Below, piece after piece: positions 59,200 through 64,000 of a stretch of DNA of 64,000 nucleotides (its first letter is position 1; each line of letters opens with the position of its first letter). The translations under genes were made by a program, and so were the position numbers. The stretch is from assembly GCF_020745735.1 (NCBI RefSeq), contig NC_083409.1, forward strand, positions 16,044,789 to 16,108,788. The letters run 5' to 3'. The stretch is from Hemiscyllium ocellatum. Lineage: Eukaryota. A model generated the notes under the pieces. The model was not told the origin of the DNA. It worked only from the letters and a program-made list of their open reading frames with translations, and ran no database searches.

Positions 59200-60872
59200 A
59201 CAGTCCTGAGGGAAGGAGGGCCATGTTTACTGGTCTCTTCTGGAGCATCCAGTGGGAAGGAGGTCCCTGTTTATTGGTGTCTATTGGAGGTTCCAGTGGA
59301 AAGAGGTCCATGTTTACTGGTTCTACGGGAAAGTGACCCATGTATACATCATCAAAGAGTCATAGAGGTTTACAGCATGGGACCAGGCCGTTCAGCTCAA
59401 CTCATCCATGCCGACCAAGTATCCAAAACTGAACTAGTCCCATTTGCATGTGTTTGGCCCAATTCTCTCTAAATCCTTCCTATCCATGTTCCTGTAAAAA
59501 TGTCCTTGAAATGTAGTAATTGTACTCACCTTTACGAATTCTTATGGCAGCTCATTACACATACACACTAACCTCTGTGTGAAAATGTTGCCTCTCAGTT
59601 TCCTACTAAATCTTTCCCCTCTCAACTTAAGCCTACTCCTTCTAGTACTGGACTCTCCTACCCTGGGGAAAAGACTTTGACTATTCACCTTATCTATGAC
59701 CCTCATGATTCTACAACCTCTATAAGGTCACCCCTCAATCTCCTGCATTCCTTGGAAAAACATCTTGGCCTATTCATCCTCATCTTGTAATTCAAATCCT
59801 CCAATCTTGATAACATCCCTGTTAATCTTTCTTTTATTCAAACCACTGTCATAACTTCCTTCCTATACCAGGATGAGCAGAAATGTACTGTGTCCAAATG
59901 TGGCCTTCCCAATGCCTTGTACAGCTGTAACATGATGTCCCAGCTCCTGTACTCCCTGCTTTGACCAGTGAAGGTGAGCGTGCCAAATACGTTCTTCACC
60001 ATCCTGTCTACCTGTGACACCACTTCCAAGGAACTATGTACCTGTACCCCTCAGTCTCTCTGTTCAACAACACTCCCCATTGCTCTACCATTAATTGTGT
60101 AATTCCTGCCCTGGTTTGTGTTACCAAAATGCAACTCCTTCCATTTATCGAAAATTCCATCTGGATTTGTTGACCCACTGGCCCAGTTGATCAATATGAC
60201 ATTGCACTCTTGCATAACCTTCTTCCCTGTCCACTATGCCAACAATTTTAACGTCAGCCACAAACTTACTGACCATTCCTTCTATTTTCTCATCCAAATT
60301 GTTCACATAAATGATGAACAACAGTGGATCCAGGATCGATTCTTGTGACAGACAGTTGGTCACTGGCCTCCAGTCTGAAGAACAACCCTCTCTCACCAGC
60401 CTCTGCCTCCTATCATCAGGCCAATTTTATGTCCAATTGGTGAGCTGTCCCTGGATCCTGTGTGATATAATCTTACTGAGCAGTCTACCATAGGGAACCT
60501 TGTATTAACTCCATGTAGACAGAGTGTACTACTCTATCTTTACCTATCTTCTTGCTTACTTCTTCAAAAATTAAACCATCTGCTCATCTCCATTGGAAGT
60601 TCCAATGATTAGGAGGCCCATATTAACTGATCTGGCTTGGAGGATCCAGTCAGAAAGAAATCCATGTTTACTGGTCTGTGTTGGAGGTTCCAGCAGGAAG
60701 GAGGTCCATGTTTACTGGTCTTTATTAGATGATCCAGTCCGAAAGAGGTACATGTTTACTGGTCTCCTTTGGAGAGTCCAGTCAGAAGGAGACCAATGTT
60801 TACTGGTCTCTAGTGGAGGCTCTTGCAGGAAGGAGGCCATGTTTACTGGACTCTGTAGGAGACTCCAGTGCA
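59200..60872 (+). repeat. ~44-bp minisatellite (core CATGTTTACTGGTC) split into two arrays (~59200-59345 and ~60600-60872) by a CR1 insertion
   Basis: Successive CATGTTTACT starts are 43-44 nt apart in the 60.6-60.9 kb array. The same unit appears at 59.2-59.3 kb. Confidence 0.85.
59350..60570 (-). mobile_element. 5'-truncated CR1 (RT C-terminal part to 3' tail)
   Basis: ORF 60145..60396 (LLFIIYVNNLD...VSKFVADVKI), 59838..60029 (LYKALGRPHL), tail ending ctgtaaacctctatgactct. Confidence 0.88.
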
Positions 60873-61403
60873 TCATGGACTCCAAGGTGAGTGTGGGGTT
60901 CGGTTCCTTTCTGTTGTAACTGTGTAATGGTTCAACCCGCATCCCAGTAAATTACCCTGACTCAGAGACTGATCATGGAAAGGGAAAGAGAGGGGTAGGA
61001 GAGGGGAAGGGATTGGAAAATGTTGTGAATGGACAGGCTGGATCAGTGGGTCAGAGCCTGTGCTGTCCCCCCAGCTCACACTGATGGCCTGAGGATCTCC
61101 TCTCTCTGCTGGGCCTTCATGGAATGAGCTTTGTGTCCAAACCAGTCCCCAGTGAGAACAGGCCAAAAGCACAGAACTGCCCTTCCTTTGACAAGAATCT
61201 AGCCATCTTTCTGAGAGAGGCCAAATCCAGGTCAATGTGGAAAATGGGGCCTTACTCCAGGAGAAAACATGCTTCTGGGGTCAAGGGTTAACATCCATGA
61301 GTGGGGCAGAGAGAGGGAGATTCATCCTGAATTCAACTGCCACAACCTGGGACACTGTGAGAAAGAGAGAGAAGTGAGTCAGAGACAAAGGGTGAGTGTC
61401 TGT

Positions 61404-61405
<2 letters not shown>

Positions 61406-61468
<63 letters not shown>
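61406..61468 (+). repeat. (TG)n(AG)n compound microsatellite
   Basis: Seen directly. Confidence 0.97.
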
Positions 61469-61472
<4 letters not shown>

Positions 61473-61641
61473 TGAGAGACATGAGTATGATTAGAAACAG
61501 AATGACAGAGGGGGAGGGAGTGCGACTGTAGATTGGGAATACAGAGAGGGAGGGAGTGAGACAGAGGGAGGTATGGAGAGGAGAGATAAACAGAGGATTT
61601 AAATTGAAGCGAGAGAGGGAAGGAGTTATGGAGACAGTGAG

Positions 61642-61767
61642 TAAAAAATGAGGTCTGCAGATGCTGGAGAACAGCTGCAAATGTGTTGCTGGTCAAAGCA
61701 CAGCAGGTTAGGCAGCATCTCAGGAATAGAGAGACGTTTCGAGCATAAGCCCTTCAACATTTGCAGC
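61642..61767 (-). mobile_element. 126-bp Penelope terminal-repeat insertion with perfect 14-bp TSD, absent from the other arm
   Basis: TSD ATGGAGACAGTGAG at 61628-61641 and 61768-61781. The empty site is at ~30788-30808 (minus strand agagacagtgagagatggag). Confidence 0.88.
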
Positions 61768-62887
61768 ATGGAGACAGTGAGAGATGGAAAAATAAAGATT
61801 ATGAGATGGAGTGAAAAAGCATGAGTGAATTGTGGAGAGTGGTTATGAAACAGAGTGAGAGAGAGAGAGAACATGAAAGAGATTAACAGTAGGAGAGAGA
61901 GGGATAGAGAGAAAGAAGTGGCAGATGTGAGACAGAGAGAGAGAGGTGGATAGGTCCTGGTCACCACATTCTGAGAAGGATGTGATTGTACTTGAGAGGG
62001 TGCAGAGATTTACCAAGATGCTGCCTGGGATGGAGGGTCAGCTGTGGGGAAATCTTGGAAAGGTTGGGATTGTTTCCTTGGAGCAGTGAAGGCTGAGAGG
62101 GGACATGATAGAGGGGGATAAGATTATTTGGGGCAGTGATAGCGTGGGTAAGAAGGCACTTTATATATCAGTAAAGGACTCAATAACCTGTGTCCCAGGT
62201 AACACAGACATGGACACATAGAAACTCGGAACTGGAGACGGCCTTTTGGCCCTTTGAGTCTGCTCTGTCATTCATTATGATCATGGCTGATCCTCCATCT
62301 CAAAACCATATTCCTGCTTTCTCACCATTCCCTTCATGCTGTTAAAATGCAAAACAATTATCTTTCTTTTTCTTGAATTTATTCAGTTCCTTGGGTTCCA
62401 CAGTTGTCCTACCCTTTGAGTGAAGAAATATTTCCTCATCTCAGTCCAAAATGGTCTACCCTGTATCCCCCTGAGACTGGGTCCCCTGATTCCAGACTTC
62501 CCAACCAGGAGAAACCTCCTCCCTGCCCAGCCCTGTTAGAATTTTATACATTTCAATCAGATTCCCTCTCATCCTTCTAAAATTGAGTGAGTCCAGGCCC
62601 AGTCAAATTGGAGTGAGAGGAGAATTGAGAAGAAATGTTTTCACCCAGAGGGTGGTGGGAGTCTGGAACTCACTGCCTGAAAGGCTCGTTGAGTAACAAA
62701 CTCTCGTGACATTGGAGCAGTATTTAGATATTCCCTTGTGTTGCTGTAACCTCCAGGGTAACGGGCCAAGAGCTGGAGGATGGGATTAGTGTCATCAGAT
62801 CGCTGTTTACTCACATTGGCGTCATTCAATGTTGTTCACATCAATGATTCTCTGAGAGAGAGAGAGAGAGAGAGACAGATAGAGAGA

Positions 62888-62985
62888 AGAGGAAGTGTGA
62901 GGGGCTGACGTGGCTCTCTCTGCCTGATGCCATTTACATACTGAGGAACACCCAGTCAGGCTCTCTCAGGCTGCAGCTTTATAAA
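62888..62985 (+). promoter_or_regulatory. V2 promoter: PU.1-type AGAGGAAGTG, TGACGTGG, variant octamer ATTTACAT, TATAAA
   Basis: Differs from the V1 promoter at only about 2 positions over ~160 nt. Confidence 0.8.
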
Positions 62986-63045
62986 GCAGAGCCCAGTGAA
63001 GGGAGAGTTTATCAGGAACCAGGCACAGGGACAGGAGCACACACC

Positions 63046-63094
63046 ATGATTTCACACATCCAGCTGATCTGGCCCCTGACATTCTGTGTCGCAG
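63046..63094 (+). CDS. IGKV: Leader exon of V2 (MISHIQLIWPLTFCVA-G)
   Basis: ATG at 63046, GT donor at 63095, 186-nt intron to AG at 63279-63280. Confidence 0.95.
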
Positions 63095-63280
63095 GTACAA
63101 ATCTCTCTCCTTCCACCTTGAATCTTTAGCTGCTCTCCATTTCACTCCAATTCCACTGACTTGTGATTGAAGGGAAAATGCTGAAACCAGAGGAATGCTC
63201 AGAGTCTCCAAAAATCTCTCATTTGACCGGCTCTTTCTGTGACAGTTCTGACTTCACTGTGTTTCTCTCTGACCCCTCAG

Positions 63281-63576
63281 GTATCAGTGGGGACATCATC
63301 ATGACCCAGCCTCCCCCGGTGCTGTCAGTGGGACTGGGCCAGACTGCAACCACCACCTGTATGACCAGTCAAAGCATTAGCAGCAACCTTGCTTGGTACC
63401 AGCAGCGAGAAGGTCAGAAACCCTCTCTCCTGATCTATGATGCAGCAACTCGATTCACAGGAGTCTCGGATCGATTCACCGGCAGTGGATCAGGGACCAG
63501 TTTCACCCTGACAATCAGCAACGTTCAGAATGAAGATGTCGCTGAATATTACTGTCAGCAGTATAGTAGCAGCCTT
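63281..63576 (+). CDS. IGKV: Ig kappa-type V exon (V2): ORF open but RSS defective, possible pseudogene
   Basis: [95 protein letters not shown]. Cys/Trp intact, DYYC changed to EYYC. Confidence 0.95.
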
Positions 63577-63604
63577 TACAGTGATACAGAGCCATACAAA
63601 AATC
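63577..63604 (+). other. Mutated 12-RSS of V2 (heptamer TACAGTG, nonamer ACAAAAATC)
   Basis: TACAGTG 63577-63583, spacer ATACAGAGCCAT, ACAAAAATC 63596-63604. Compare V1: CACAGTG / ACACAGAGCCAT / ACAAAAACC. Confidence 0.93.
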
Positions 63605-64000
63605 TCAACACGCACAACACCACCTTCTGTACTGACACATCCAACAGTTATATGAAATGTATAATAATGGACAGACAGTTCCACCTCCTGCACTGACACA
63701 TCCACAGTTATATATAAAGTAAATTGAGCAAATTACCCCATGCTGGGATTGTCACTGTCCACTCCACACTCCCGTCTATGTTGTGTCCACCGCTCACGGA
63801 AGGCCTCAAGTTTCCCTCTTACACTCCATGGCCGCATGTGAAGAACAGCTGCAAGATTTAACAATGAAAACTAAATTTCACAAACCCCCGAGAGTAGCTG
63901 GACACAACCCAGGGAGACAGAGAGAGAAAGACACATGAATGAGGGAGAGACAGAGAGGGGTAGGGAGTGAATGAGATTGACCAAGAATAGACAGAGACAG
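63605..64000 (+). other. V-J spacer of cluster 2; J2 and its 23-RSS predicted at about 64,040-64,120, outside the window
   Basis: Inverted colinear match to ~28430-28818. Position 63960 aligns to ~28471, which is ~80 nt from the J1 nonamer. Confidence 0.8.

Noticed and set aside
60600-60872. Regularly spaced conserved 14-mer with variable intervals, superficially CRISPR-like
   Set aside because: The intervening parts are homologous to each other, so it is a minisatellite. The DNA is vertebrate and there are no cas genes.

Overview
Eukaryotic, repeat-rich DNA from a cartilaginous fish. The Ig sequences resemble nurse-shark type III/NS4 (kappa) light chains, so a carpet shark is likely, but the species is inferred. 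The window holds one complete, unrearranged Ig kappa-type light-chain cluster on the minus strand: leader 29332-29380, V 28847-29145 with a perfect 12-RSS, J 28317-28351 with a perfect 23-RSS, an 11.4-kb J-C intron, C 16558-16886 and polyA signal 16231-16236. A second cluster begins on the plus strand, head-to-head with the first (leader 63046-63094, V 63281-63576). Its ORF is open, but the heptamer reads TACAGTG and its J is predicted just past the window end. The two clusters are arms of an old inverted duplication (about 28.4-35.4 kb versus 56.3-64.0 kb). Comparing the arms reveals three things: a duplicated PU.1/IRF + E-box + RUNX + MEF2 enhancer candidate 5-6 kb upstream of each V; a ~1-kb island of ~96-98% identity that stops at CDR3, suggesting gene conversion; and strongly divergent germline CDR3 ends. 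A CTCF/kB/E-box element lies ~8 kb downstream of C. The remainder is mostly decayed CR1 LINEs, Penelope-like elements carrying minimal hammerhead-ribozyme motifs (three short insertions each have an exact 14-bp TSD), HE1 and Deu-type SINEs, a Tx1-type ORF1, a Gmr1-like LTR fragment and mini/microsatellites. All alignments and counts were done by eye. TE boundaries are approximate.
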